Positions 9,133-18,286 of a stretch of 32,000 nucleotides of DNA are shown here, in pieces. The translations under genes and the position numbers were made by a program. Origin of the DNA: Candidatus Saccharimonadota bacterium (GTDB taxonomy: Bacteria; Pseudomonadota; Gammaproteobacteria; Enterobacterales; Enterobacteriaceae); assembly GCA_049942775.1 (NCBI GenBank), contig CP188087.1:480001-512000 (forward strand), given 5' to 3'. The notes under the pieces were generated by a model, which was given only the letters and a program-made list of their open reading frames with translations, did not search any database and was not told where the DNA came from. How positions within the stretch are numbered: the stretch's first letter is position 1; every line of letters begins with the position of its first letter.

Positions 9133-10266
9133 ATGAAAAAATTACCTCCTCTTAGTTTATATATTCATATACCTTGGTGTATAAAAAAATGTCCATATTG
9201 TGATTTTTCATCATTTCAGATGAAAGAAAAAATACCAGAAAAAAAATATATTAATCACTTAATAGAAGATTTATACAATGATCAACAATATTTTTTAGAC
9301 AGAGAAATAAAAACAATTTTTATCGGAGGTGGTTCTCCTAGTTTATTTTCTGAAAAAGGAATTCAATTTTTAATAAATAAAATAAAAGAAAATGTTTCTT
9401 TATCTATAAATGCTGAAATTACAATCGAAGTTAACCCAAACAAAACAGAAAGTAATAAAATTTTAAATTATTTAAATGCTGGAATTAATCGAATATCAAT
9501 AGGAATACAAAGTTTTGATTCTAAACTACTAAAAAGTATTGGAAGAATTCATAATTCATATGATACTAAAAATGTAATTGATCAACTTATAAAAATTCCG
9601 GAAATAAATTTCAATGTAGATTTAATGTATGGACTTCCTAATCAATCTATAAAACAAGGAATATTAGATCTAAAAACAGCAATTAATTTTCATCCAAAAC
9701 ACATTTCTTGGTATCAATTAACAATTGAACCAAAAACGTTGTTTTTCTATAAAAATCCTAAGTTACCATCAGAAGAATCTTCTTGGAAAATTTTACAAGA
9801 AGGAAAAAAAACACTAAAAAAATTCAACTATAAACAATATGAAATTTCGTCTTATTCAAAAAAAGGATACCAATGTCAACATAATTTAAATTACTGGCAA
9901 TACGGAGATTATTTAGGAATTGGATGTTCAGCTCATAGCAAAATCACAAAAAAAAATGGAGATGTTATCAGAATAGTCAAAAAAAACAAAATTAAAAAAT
10001 ACATGGAAGAAAAATACTATATTGAAAAAATAGAGTTAATAAAAAAAAAAAAAAGAGTTTTTGAATATTTTGTTAATAATTTTAGATTATTTAAATCAAT
10101 ATCTAAAAAAAATTTTTATGAATTTACTGGAATAAAACCTAAAATTATAAGTTGTAAAATTAATGAAGCAAAAAAGAAAGGATTTTTACATGAAACAAAA
10201 AAATACTGGTATACTACAAATAATGGAAAATTATTTTTAAACGATTTATTAGAGATATTCTTATAA
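9133..10266 (+). CDS. hemW: radical-SAM heme chaperone HemW (YggW; coproporphyrinogen-oxidase-like)
   Basis: 377 aa. LSLYIHIPWCIKKCPYCDF contains the CxxxCxxC radical-SAM motif and IFIGGGSPS is present. It starts 3 nt after ruvX, so the two are probably co-transcribed. Confidence 0.9.
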   Translation: MKKLPPLSLYIHIPWCIKKCPYCDFSSFQMKEKIPEKKYINHLIEDLYNDQQYFLDREIKTIFIGGGSPSLFSEKGIQFLINKIKENVSLSINAEITIEVNPNKTESNKILNYLNAGINRISIGIQSFDSKLLKSIGRIHNSYDTKNVIDQLIKIPEINFNVDLMYGLPNQSIKQGILDLKTAINFHPKHISWYQLTIEPKTLFFYKNPKLPSEESSWKILQEGKKTLKKFNYKQYEISSYSKKGYQCQHNLNYWQYGDYLGIGCSAHSKITKKNGDVIRIVKKNKIKKYMEEKYYIEKIELIKKKKRVFEYFVNNFRLFKSISKKNFYEFTGIKPKIISCKINEAKKKGFLHETKKYWYTTNNGKLFLNDLLEIFL

Positions 10267-10277
10267 AATAAGAAAAA

Positions 10278-10988
10278 CTATTTTTTACAAAAAACCAAAT
10301 GAAAAATTTTATTTCCTAATTTAATTCCTTTCTTTTCAAATTTAGTTAAAACTCTACCAGAAAAAGAATCGATGATATAATTTCTACTTTTAGACAAATC
10401 AATATAACAATCTAATAATTTTACATTTTGTAAAATCTTAAAAAAATAATTTTCACAATCTGTAATTATATATAATATTCCTCCAAAATCTAATTTTTTA
10501 TGTACAATTTTTAAAAATTTTTCTTGAACTATTCTTCTTTTATGATGTTTCCTTTTTGGCCAAGGATCTGGAAAAAATAATCTGATTTCAGATAACTCAC
10601 AATCTCTAATCATATCAGACAATACGTCTAAAGCATTAGAATAAATAATTCTTATATTTTTTAAATTCAAACAATTTATTTTTTTAAGTATATTACCTAT
10701 CCCAGGAAGATATAGTTCTATTCCTAAAAAATTTTTGTTTGGATGTTCAATCGCAGAATTAATTAAAGATTCTCCATTTCCAAAACCAATTTCTAATACT
10801 ATTGGTTTAAATCCTTTGAACACTTGTAACCAATCAATATAAAATTTTTGATATTTTAACCCAAATAATGGATAATATTTTTCTATTGATTCCTTCTGTA
10901 ATGAACTAATTCTATATCTAAATGAAGTGTAGATATTTAAATTAAATTTACATTTCATTTTTTTAAAACTATTTTTTTTTCTTTCCAT
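10278..10988 (-). CDS. trmB: tRNA (guanine46-N7)-methyltransferase
   Basis: LEIGFGNGESL and FFPDPWPKRKHHKRRIVQ match E. coli TrmB LEIGFGMGASL and FFPDPWHKARHNKRRIVQ. It is divergent from mutY, as in E. coli. Confidence 0.93.
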   Translation of the reverse strand: MERKKNSFKKMKCKFNLNIYTSFRYRISSLQKESIEKYYPLFGLKYQKFYIDWLQVFKGFKPIVLEIGFGNGESLINSAIEHPNKNFLGIELYLPGIGNILKKINCLNLKNIRIIYSNALDVLSDMIRDCELSEIRLFFPDPWPKRKHHKRRIVQEKFLKIVHKKLDFGGILYIITDCENYFFKILQNVKLLDCYIDLSKSRNYIIDSFSGRVLTKFEKKGIKLGNKIFHLVFCKK

Positions 10989-11047
10989 AAAAATTAACCA
11001 ACTTAAAAAAATAAAGATAAAAGTTTAAAATTAAAAATTTAAAATAT

Positions 11048-12091
11048 ATGAATCATTCAAACACAATTTCACAACTAATAATTAATTGGTTTCACAAATA
11101 TGGAAGAAAAAAACTTCCTTGGAAAATTAAAAAAAACACATATAAAATATGGATATCGGAAATTATGTTACAACAGACAAAAGTAAAAACTGTTGTTCCT
11201 TATTATTTAAAATTTATAAAAAAATTTCCTACGATCAAAAAACTATCTAACGCATCATTAGATGAAATTTTGTTTTTATGGAGTGGACTAGGATATTATA
11301 ATAGAGCAAAAAACATATTTTTAACAACAAAAATAATAAAAGAAAAATATAATTATAAATTTCCAGAAGATTTTTTTTTACTTATAAAATTACCAGGAAT
11401 TGGTAAATCTACAGCTGGAGCTATTTTATCTTTTTCCAAAAATTTTTTTTTCTCTATTTTAGATGGCAACGTAAAAAGAATACTATCTAGATTTTTTTCA
11501 ATTAAAGAAGAAATAAATAAAAACAAAACTCAGAAGAAACTATGGAAAATAATAAATAGAATTACACCAATTTATCACACTGATAAATTTAATCAAGGAA
11601 TAATGGATTTAGGTGCAAAAATTTGTACTTACAATGAACCATCTTGTACAATTTGTCCAATAAAAAATTTATGTTCATCTTACAAAAATAAAGAAGTAAA
11701 TCAATATCCAAAAAATACAAAACTAAAAAAAATATCTAAAAAAATTATTTTTTTGCTACTTTGTAAAGAAAAAAAAATATTTTTAAAGAAAATAGAAAAA
11801 AAAAAAATTTGGACAAATTTATTTTCTTTTCCTGAATTCCAAAATGAAAAAAAAATGTTTTGTTGGATTAAAAAAAATAATGTAACATATAAAGAAATAA
11901 TTTATCTAGAAAAATGCAAATTTCAATATACAAAATATAAAATAACTGCAAAACCAATATTAATACATATATTATATAAAAAATTTAAAACTTTCGAAAA
12001 AAAAAATATATGGTATGATATAACTTCAAAAAAAAAAATTGCAATTCCTACACCAATAAAAAAAATATTAAAAAAAATAAATAAAAAATAA
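11048..12091 (+). CDS. mutY: adenine DNA glycosylase
   Basis: WISEIMLQQTKV, LPGIGKSTAGAILSF and DGNVKRILSR are present. The 4Fe-4S loop CTYNEPSCTICPIKNLC (C-x6-C-x2-C-x5-C) is intact. The C-terminal (MutT-like) domain is highly diverged and Lys-rich. Confidence 0.93.
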   Translation: MNHSNTISQLIINWFHKYGRKKLPWKIKKNTYKIWISEIMLQQTKVKTVVPYYLKFIKKFPTIKKLSNASLDEILFLWSGLGYYNRAKNIFLTTKIIKEKYNYKFPEDFFLLIKLPGIGKSTAGAILSFSKNFFFSILDGNVKRILSRFFSIKEEINKNKTQKKLWKIINRITPIYHTDKFNQGIMDLGAKICTYNEPSCTICPIKNLCSSYKNKEVNQYPKNTKLKKISKKIIFLLLCKEKKIFLKKIEKKKIWTNLFSFPEFQNEKKMFCWIKKNNVTYKEIIYLEKCKFQYTKYKITAKPILIHILYKKFKTFEKKNIWYDITSKKKIAIPTPIKKILKKINKK

Positions 12092-12107
12092 ACATAAAAT
12101 AAATTAT

Positions 12108-12350
12108 ATGAACAAAACCATTTATTGTGTTTACTTAAAAAAAAAATCTAAAAGACTTAAAAAAAAAGTTTATCCTGGAATTCTAGGTGAAAAAATTTAT
12201 AAAAATATTTCTGAACTAGCATGGAATATTTGGATGAAATATCAAACGATTTTCATCAACGAAAAAAAACTAAATATGTCAAAAAAAGAAGATAGACAAA
12301 TCTTGGAAAATGAAATGAAAAAATTCTTATTTAAGAAACTATTTATCTAA
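12108..12350 (+). CDS. yggX: Fe(2+)-trafficking protein YggX
   Basis: [48 protein letters not shown] aligns with E. coli YggX [48 protein letters not shown]. It follows mutY, as in E. coli. Confidence 0.92.
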   Translation: [80 protein letters not shown]

Positions 12351-12352
12351 TT

Positions 12353-13789
12353 TCAATAAATCTTTTTTTTAATAAAATTCATATATTCTAATAAATCTTT
12401 TAACAAAGAACAAATTCGATTATCTTGTCGATGTTTTTGTAATAAAGAAAAAATTTTTTTACGATATTCAAATAATACAATTGGATTAATAAAAGTTTTA
12501 CATTGATTTTCCCAAATTAACTTTTCATTTTTAGTTAAAGATTTAGGGTAGTTTCTTCCTTTAAAGTTTAAAAGTAGATTATTAATTCTTTTACTTTTAA
12601 ATTTTAGTTTTTTTAGTTCTAAAAAATTAGATATAGATTGAATTAAATTCACAGCTTTTTTTTCAGAATAACTAAAAAAAGAATCGTACAGACTTAAATC
12701 AATATTAATCTTTTTATTTTTACAGTTCTTTTTATTAAAAGAATTCTTTCTTTTTAAAAAGAATTTTAAAATTTTTTTTCTTAACAAATAAATATTATTA
12801 CTTAAATTTGTAAAATTCGAATAATATTTTTCTTTATTTATTTTTAAACGAAAATAATCAATATTTCTTAAAACTGATTGTGGAACTAAAATAGGACATC
12901 TATTAATATGTAAAAAATTAATACCTAGAGAAAAAAAATCATCTAAAGTCCATTTATCTATATTAACGTTTTTAAAAAAATTTAATAAAGTAAATACATT
13001 TTTTGAAAGATCAAAAAATACTAAAATATTTTTATTTTCAGGATGAAAAAAAAATATTGATATTAAGGAAACAAAATTTCTTTCTATACCAAAAAAACTA
13101 GATATATATACAAATAAATTGATTTTTTCATTATTTATTAATAATAAAATATTTTTTTTAGTTTTATAAAAAAATAAAAAATCTAAAATTTTTTTCTTTT
13201 TCTTTTTCAACAACTTCATCAGTTCTATACATGCATTAACATCAGATAAAGCATCATGAGCATTAAAATGAAAAATTTTGTTCTTTTTAGTCACTCTATC
13301 TAAGTTAAAAACAAAATTTCCAATTTTGTTTTTTGGCCACTTTATTCCATCAGGTCTTAAAACAAAAATAGCCCTTAAAACATTTATTATGTCCCATCTA
13401 GAATTATTATTTTTCCACGACCATTCATATGGATCAAAAAAATTTCTATAAAACAAATTTCTCGTCATTTCATCATCAAAACTTATATTATTATAACCTA
13501 ATATACAAGTATTGCTTTTTTTAAAAATGTTAAATATTTTTTTAGCAAAAATATGTTCAATATAACCTTTTTTAGAAATAGTAATTTGAGGAGTTATTCC
13601 AGTTATCAAAACTGATTCTGGATTAGGTAAATAATCTATAGGAGGGGTGCAATATAATACTTTGTATTTTTCTATCAATTTAAAATTTAAATCAGTACGA
13701 ATACAAGAAAATTGTGCTATCTTATCTAACGCAGTGTCTAATCCAAATGTTTCATAGTCATAAAATAGAAAATATTTAGTAAAAGTCAT
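12353..13789 (-). CDS. sbcB: exodeoxyribonuclease I
   Basis: The real start is the ATG at 13789. MTFTKYFLFYDYETFGLD aligns with E. coli STFLFHDYETFG. CILGYNNISFDDEMTRNLFYRNFFDPYEWSW and FNAHDALSDV carry the DEDDh residues. The track ORF extension to 13933 reads through tRNA-Asn. The C-terminal half is very diverged. Confidence 0.92.
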   Translation of the reverse strand: MTFTKYFLFYDYETFGLDTALDKIAQFSCIRTDLNFKLIEKYKVLYCTPPIDYLPNPESVLITGITPQITISKKGYIEHIFAKKIFNIFKKSNTCILGYNNISFDDEMTRNLFYRNFFDPYEWSWKNNNSRWDIINVLRAIFVLRPDGIKWPKNKIGNFVFNLDRVTKKNKIFHFNAHDALSDVNACIELMKLLKKKKKKILDFLFFYKTKKNILLLINNEKINLFVYISSFFGIERNFVSLISIFFFHPENKNILVFFDLSKNVFTLLNFFKNVNIDKWTLDDFFSLGINFLHINRCPILVPQSVLRNIDYFRLKINKEKYYSNFTNLSNNIYLLRKKILKFFLKRKNSFNKKNCKNKKINIDLSLYDSFFSYSEKKAVNLIQSISNFLELKKLKFKSKRINNLLLNFKGRNYPKSLTKNEKLIWENQCKTFINPIVLFEYRKKIFSLLQKHRQDNRICSLLKDLLEYMNFIKKKIY

Positions 13790-13845
13790 TAATATATGTA
13801 TATATATAAAAAAAAATTTATTTAAAAAAAATTCAATAATTTTTT

Positions 13846-13918
13846 CTCCTCCGACTGGGGTCGAACCAGTGACATACGGATTAACAGTCCGCCGTTCTAC
13901 CAACTGAACTACAGAGGA
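13846..13918 (-). tRNA. tRNA-Asn (anticodon GUU), no encoded CCA
   Basis: The reverse complement is TCCTCTGTAGTTCAGTTGGTAGAACGGCGGACTGTTAATCCGTATGTCACTGGTTCGACCCCAGTCGGAGGAG, close to E. coli tRNA-Asn. The anticodon loop is CTGTTAA. It lies 57 nt upstream of sbcB on the same strand. Confidence 0.95.
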
Positions 13919-14058
13919 TTGATCCTTAATCATATCAATTTTTTTTTTAAAAGTAAAGTTCGTTTTTTATACTTAAAAAAAAACAAGAATTTTTAAAATA
14001 AAATCAAAAGATTACTAGCTTATTGCATTGAATTGTTTTAGAATAAGTTCTTATTAAA

Positions 14059-14131
14059 GGCCCTTTAGCTCAGTGGTTAGAGCAATCGACTCATAATCGT
14101 TTGGTCGCTGGTTCAAATCCAGCAGGGGCCA
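14059..14131 (+). tRNA. ileX: tRNA-Ile2 (anticodon CAU, lysidine-type; would be mis-called Met by anticodon alone), no encoded CCA
   Basis: GGCCCTTTAGCTCAGTGGTTAGAGCAATCGACTCATAATCGTTTGGTCGCTGGTTCAAATCCAGCAGGGGCCA is near-identical in body to E. coli ileX (GGCCCCUUAGCUCAGUGGUUAGAGCAGGCGACUCAUAAUCGCUUGGUCGCUGGUUCAAGUCCAGCAGGGGCCA). Confidence 0.85.
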
Positions 14132-14198
14132 GAGATAAAAAAAAAATAAAAAAATATGAAATCATCTTTTTTAAAATTGTTACTAGGATTTTTAGTTT

Positions 14199-14855
14199 AT
14201 GTTAGACTTTAAAAAAGAATTTATAGATTTTTCATTAAAAAAAAAAGCATTAAATTTCGGGAAATTTACATTAAAATCTGGAAGAAAAAGCCCGTATTTC
14301 TTTAATACATCTTCTTTTTATACGGGACACGATATAGAAAAATTAGCTTATTTTTATTATTGTGCAATTATAAAATATAAATTAAAATTTAACCATTTGT
14401 TCGGATTAGCTTATAAAGGTGTTCCACTAATAGTTGCAATTTCTATTTTTTTAAAAAAAAAAAAAAAAATAGACGTATCTTTTTCCTTTAATAGAAAAGA
14501 AAAAAAACTATACGGAGAATGTGGATACATTGTAGGAAAAAAAAAAAACAAAAAAGAAAAAACCATTCTAATAGATGACGTTATAACTTCCGGTAGTTCA
14601 ATAAAAAAATCAATTCAAAAACTAAAAAACAACAATATTTTAGCTACAATAGTAGCATTCGATAGAAAAGAAATAGATGATAGTATTACTCTTACAAAAA
14701 AAAAAATAAGAGACCAATTTTCTTTTCCTATATATTCTATCATAACAATAAAAGATTTAATTAAATTTATTATAGAAGAAAAAAAAATGTTAATTTATTT
14801 AGATCAATTAATTAATTACAACATTTTATGTGGAACTGAAAAAATTAACATTTAA
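14199..14855 (+). CDS. pyrE: orotate phosphoribosyltransferase
   Basis: KFGKFTLKSGRKSPYFFN matches E. coli KFGEFTLKSGRKSPYFFN. The PRPP-binding loop ILIDDVITSGSS is present. The CDS contains A17 and A12 tracts in frame. Confidence 0.94.
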   Translation: MLDFKKEFIDFSLKKKALNFGKFTLKSGRKSPYFFNTSSFYTGHDIEKLAYFYYCAIIKYKLKFNHLFGLAYKGVPLIVAISIFLKKKKKIDVSFSFNRKEKKLYGECGYIVGKKKNKKEKTILIDDVITSGSSIKKSIQKLKNNNILATIVAFDRKEIDDSITLTKKKIRDQFSFPIYSIITIKDLIKFIIEEKKMLIYLDQLINYNILCGTEKINI

Positions 14856-14904
14856 AAAATAAATATTAATTTAAAAATCAATTTATTAATTTAGATTTTA
14901 AAAA

Positions 14905-14932
14905 TTTGAAAAAAAAAAAAATAACCCCATAT
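14905..14932 (+). promoter_or_regulatory. sigma-32 (RpoH) heat-shock promoter of ibpA with a homopolymeric A spacer
   Basis: TTTGAAA (14905-14911), a 13-nt spacer (A10-T-AA), then CCCCATAT (14925-14932), ending 84 nt upstream of the ibpA ATG. This matches the E. coli sigma-32 consensus CTTGAAA-N13/14-CCCCATnT. It is the only CCCCAT in any spacer of this window. Confidence 0.8.
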
Positions 14933-15015
14933 AAGATAATGGAAATAAAAAATTTTTAAATTCTTTAATGTCTTTTTATTATGAAAATTAAATTAAAATA
15001 ATAAGAGGTAATTAT

Positions 15016-15480
15016 ATGTCTTATAATTCTTTTTCTTTAATTCCAGGATACAATCATAATATATTTTCTGAAAGATTTGATCAAATAGACAAAATGTTTA
15101 GTACAATTACCGGAGAAAAACCAATATCTGATATTCCTATGTATAATTTATATCAAAAAGAAAAAAATTGTTATCAACTAGAAATTAGTACTCCTGGTTA
15201 TCATGAAGAAGAATTAAATATTTCCGTTCAAAACAATCAAATTTCTATCATTGGAAAGAAACATAAAAAAGAAATAGAAAAAAAAACAAAATATATACAT
15301 AAAGGAATTAAAAACCAAAATTTTTCAATCAAATTTAATTTAAACTATAAAATAAAAGTAAACAAAGCAAAAATAAAATTAGGAATTCTAATAATTCAAT
15401 TTGAATATAAAATTCCAGAAGAAGAAAAACCTAAAAAAATAAAAATAGAAAACAAAGATTCCAAAAAACAAAATTTTTAA
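15016..15480 (+). CDS. ibpA: small heat-shock protein IbpA (alpha-crystallin family)
   Basis: 154 aa. PMYNLYQKEKNCYQLEISTPGYHEEELNISVQNNQISIIGKK aligns with E. coli IbpA [46 protein letters not shown] Shine-Dalgarno 8 nt upstream. Confidence 0.93.
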   Translation: MSYNSFSLIPGYNHNIFSERFDQIDKMFSTITGEKPISDIPMYNLYQKEKNCYQLEISTPGYHEEELNISVQNNQISIIGKKHKKEIEKKTKYIHKGIKNQNFSIKFNLNYKIKVNKAKIKLGILIIQFEYKIPEEEKPKKIKIENKDSKKQNF

Positions 15481-15560
15481 AATTCTAGTTTTAAAAATTT
15501 ATAAAAAAATTTTTTTTAGTTATTATTTATACAATTTTAAAAATTATTAAAAAACAAATT

Positions 15561-15598
15561 CTACTATTCCTTTTAAAAAAACTATTCAGGAATAGTAG
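15561..15598. terminator. hairpin between convergent ibpA and dut (candidate shared terminator)
   Basis: 10-bp perfect inverted repeat CTACTATTCC (15561-15570) / GGAATAGTAG (15589-15598) with an 18-nt A/T loop. It is the only G/C-containing structure in this spacer. There is no clean U tract, so confidence is moderate. Confidence 0.45.
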
Positions 15599-15641
15599 TA
15601 CTAAAATAAAATTAAAAAACTACAGTTATTAAACTATAATT

Positions 15642-16112
15642 TCATTTTATTCCAGAATGACCGAATCCTTTTTCTTTCCTGTTATTATTTTTATCAAAAG
15701 AAGAAAATTCATTCACTTTATTTAATTTAACTTTTATAATAGGTAAAAAAACCATTTGTGCTATTCTATCTCCTGGAAATATAATAAATTTTTTATCAAT
15801 ATTACGATTCCAAATGGAAATTAATAATTCACCTTTATAATCTGAATCAATTAAACCAATTAAATTTCCTAAAACAATTCCATGATGATGTCCTAAACCA
15901 GATCTTGGTAAAATTACAGCAGTAATTTCAGGATCAGAAATATGTATAGATATTCCAGTTTTAACCATAAAAGTTTTGTTAGGATAAATTACTTCTTTTT
16001 TTTCTATACAAGCCCTTAAATCAATTCCCGATGATCCATCAGTAACATAACTAGGATATGGAATTTCTTTTCCTAATCTTGAATCTAATATTTTAAAATT
16101 AATTTTTTTCAT
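15642..16112 (-). CDS. dut: dUTP diphosphatase
   Basis: MKKINFKILDSRLGKEIPYPSYVTDGSSGIDLRAC aligns with E. coli Dut [35 protein letters not shown]. The C-terminal RKEKGFGHSG motif is present. Confidence 0.96.
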   Translation of the reverse strand: MKKINFKILDSRLGKEIPYPSYVTDGSSGIDLRACIEKKEVIYPNKTFMVKTGISIHISDPEITAVILPRSGLGHHHGIVLGNLIGLIDSDYKGELLISIWNRNIDKKFIIFPGDRIAQMVFLPIIKVKLNKVNEFSSFDKNNNRKEKGFGHSGIK

Positions 16113-16690
<578 letters not shown>

Positions 16691-16799
16691 AGTTTTACAT
16701 ATCCTTCTTAAATTAAAAATTAATAGTTTAATTTCTTTTATTTTTTAAAAATTAAATAATAAATTTAATTTTTTAAAATATTTTATAAAAATTTCAATT

Positions 16800-17243
16800 T
16801 TACTCTACTAAAATTTTTATTTTTGATAATAATTTATGATGAGGTTTAAAAATTACTTCATATTCTCCTAATTTTCTAATTTTCCCATTTATTAGTTTTA
16901 ATTCATTTTTTTTTACAAAAAATCCAATCTTATTAATTGCTTTTAAAATTTCATTTATTCCTATTGAACCAAATAATTTTCCATTTAATCCAGATTTTGA
17001 AATAATCTTAATTATTCCAATTTCATTTAATTTTTTTATTCTAGATTTCGCAATAAGAATTTCTTTTTTTAAATTTTCTAAAAATTTGTTTCTTTCCATT
17101 TCAAATAATTTAATATTTTCTTTAGATCCCAAAATTGCTTTTTCTTTAGGGAATAAAAAATTTCTAGCATAACCAGGTTTTACTTCAACTATACTTCCTT
17201 TTTTTCCTATATTTTTCATTTCTTCTAATAAAATTACTCTCAT
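16800..17243 (-). CDS. rplI: 50S ribosomal protein L9
   Basis: MRVILLEEMKNIGKKGSIVEVKPGYARNFLFPKEKA aligns with E. coli L9 [36 protein letters not shown]. It is the last gene of the rpsF operon. Confidence 0.96.
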   Translation of the reverse strand: MRVILLEEMKNIGKKGSIVEVKPGYARNFLFPKEKAILGSKENIKLFEMERNKFLENLKKEILIAKSRIKKLNEIGIIKIISKSGLNGKLFGSIGINEILKAINKIGFFVKKNELKLINGKIRKLGEYEVIFKPHHKLLSKIKILVE

Positions 17244-17290
17244 TTTAAAAACCTATGTTTTCCTTTTATTTCATTATATTTTAAATGTTG

Positions 17291-17518
17291 TTACTTATGA
17301 CGATCAGTATATGGAAGAAAAGATAAAAATCTTGCTTTTTTTATTGCCTTAGACAATTGTCGTTGATATTTAGATTTAGTTCCAGTAATTCTACTAGGAA
17401 CTATTTTCCCACTCTCTGTAATAAAACTTCTTAAAATATCAATATCCTTATAATCAATTTCTTTTATTCCTTCTACCGTAAAACGACAAAATTTTTTTCT
17501 TCTAAAATAACGAACCAT
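17291..17518 (-). CDS. rpsR: 30S ribosomal protein S18
   Basis: [74 protein letters not shown] is close to E. coli S18 over its full length. Confidence 0.98.
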   Translation of the reverse strand: MVRYFRRKKFCRFTVEGIKEIDYKDIDILRSFITESGKIVPSRITGTKSKYQRQLSKAIKKARFLSFLPYTDRHK

Positions 17519-17617
17519 AATATATTATTCCTATAGAATCATTTTTAAAACTATTAAACAAATACATTTATTTAAAAAAAATTAAAAATTTAAAAATTTA
17601 TAAAAAAATTATCTGTT

Positions 17618-18010
17618 TTAAACAACAACAGAAGTTGTAATTCTTTTCTTAAAAGTATTTGATTCGTCTTGCATCGATTTTTTATTTTCTTTTTCTTTTT
17701 TTAAAATAATAGAAATATTAGATATAGGTTTTTTTACTACAGTGATTAAATTTCTAATTATTATATCATTAAAACGAAATTTTTCTTCCAATTTTTTTAT
17801 TAAAATTGGATAAACTTCAATGTTCATTAATAAATAATGTGCTTTATGTAAGTTATTTATTGTGTAAGATAATTGTCTTCTACCCCAATCCTCTATTCGA
17901 TGTATTTTACCGTTATCTTTTAAAATCATACTCTTACATTCATTAATAAAAGCAAAAACTTTTTCACTATAGTCTGGATGAATCAAAACAACAATTTCAT
18001 AATTTCTCAC
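17618..18010 (-). CDS. rpsF: 30S ribosomal protein S6 (start ambiguous: GTG at 18010 preferred, GTG at 18022 possible)
   Basis: From the GTG at 18010 the product begins (M)[17 protein letters not shown], compared with E. coli S6 [44 protein letters not shown] aligns with [26 protein letters not shown]. An AAGGGG Shine-Dalgarno lies upstream. Confidence 0.93.
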   Translation of the reverse strand: [130 protein letters not shown]

Positions 18011-18286
18011 TTTTAAAATCACCCCTTACTTACAAAATCAAAAAAAATAAATTTGTTCTTATAATTCATAAAATATTAAATTTTTATGATTCATAAAATA
18101 GTAACTATTAATGATATAATACTAAATATTAAAACTCAATATGGTATTGAATGTTAGAATAAAGATATTTCACATATCAACTAAATAAAAAGTTTTTTTT
18201 ATAAAAACCGTAAAATTCTTATAAAAAATTTTTTTAAAATACATAAATAAAAAACAGTATTTTACTATGAATTTAAAATTCATAAA

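Noticed and set aside
13790-13933. N-terminal extension of the sbcB track ORF (MIKDQSSVVQLVERRTVNPYVTGSTPVGGE...)
   Set aside because: This peptide is the translation of the tRNA-Asn gene (13846-13918). Homology to exonuclease I begins at the ATG at 13789.
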